Shown: positions 57,542 through 57,673 of the stretch, piece by piece
How positions within the stretch are numbered: the stretch's first letter is position 1
Layout: each line of letters opens with the position of its first letter
Assembly (NCBI GenBank): GCA_051744325.1
Contig: JBNJCY010000001.1
Span: forward strand, 1 to 57,673
DNA length: 57,673 nt
Direction of reading: 5' to 3'
Source: Actinomycetota bacterium
GTDB taxonomy: Bacteria > Actinomycetota > Actinomycetes > Actinomycetales > Actinomycetaceae
Notes under the pieces: model-generated
Databases searched by the model: none
Told to the model about the DNA's origin: nothing
What the model saw: the letters and a program-made list of their open reading frames with translations, nothing else
Position numbers and translations under genes: made by a program

Positions 57542-57673
57542 TCAGGTCACCTGTCCGAGGATGTCGACGACGGCGGCCATGGCGGGGGCCGACCCGTCCG
57601 GTGCGGGGAACTCCAGGAGCACCCGGCTGCCGACCGGCACCCCGATGAGAGGATCGAAGTCGCCGCCGCTGCC
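57542..57673 (-). CDS. 3' end of an unidentified CDS; the start lies outside the window
   Basis: The minus-strand frame is open from the window edge to a TGA at 57542-57544 (...GSGGDFDPLIGVPVGSRVLLEFPAPDGSAPAMAAVVDILGQVT-stop). Third positions are G/C-rich. It is not in the ORF track because no start is present. Confidence 0.3.
   Translation of the reverse strand, partial: GSGGDFDPLIGVPVGSRVLLEFPAPDGSAPAMAAVVDILGQVT

Overview
This is a high-G+C window (roughly 70% by eye, not computed) that looks like core actinobacterial chromosome, Micrococcales-like. I call about 58 CDS, one tRNA-Leu(GAG) and two decayed genes. I saw no rRNA, CRISPR array, transposase, integrase or low-GC island.

Gene order follows several conserved actinobacterial blocks that I recognise from Mycobacterium tuberculosis (from memory, not searched):
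- TPR-like / HAD / tlyA / nadK / recN / steA / mctB ... pyrG / NUDIX (Rv1691-Rv1700-like)
- ctaA / ABC-2 / ABC ATPase, divergent from sufR-sufBD-(Rieske)-sufCSUT (Rv1456c-Rv1466-like)
- an ABC-F ATPase
- DUF3099 / SURF1
- fabG / fabI (mabA-inhA-like)
- glgC, divergent from glgA (glgM-type)
- NfeD / SPFH
- a LexA/PafBC-controlled imuA'-imuB-dnaE2 mutasome cassette
- a heterodimeric ABC exporter
- Dcp peptidase and gltS

The less ordinary items are:
1. An intact heliorhodopsin gene (37015..37779). It is directly abutted by a 73-aa two-helix membrane ORF and appears to have its own leaderless promoter.
2. A three-gene envelope module (degenerate MraY/WecA-like transferase, MurJ-like flippase, GT4 glycosyltransferase). 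It sits between steA-mctB and pyrG, where those genes are neighbours in mycobacteria.
3. A GNAT acetyltransferase fused to a MazG-like all-alpha NTP pyrophosphohydrolase.
4. Exact matches to three regulatory motifs: CAAC-N6-GTTG (SufR), TCGAAC-N4-GTTCGA (LexA) and TGTCGGTG-N8-TAGACT (RecA-NDp/PafBC).
5. Two gene remnants: a YpfJ-like metallopeptidase and a class IV aminotransferase.

All product calls rest on my reading of the translated ORFs and on motif recognition. No database search was run. Internal start codons were placed by residue counting from the ORF track and could be off by a codon.
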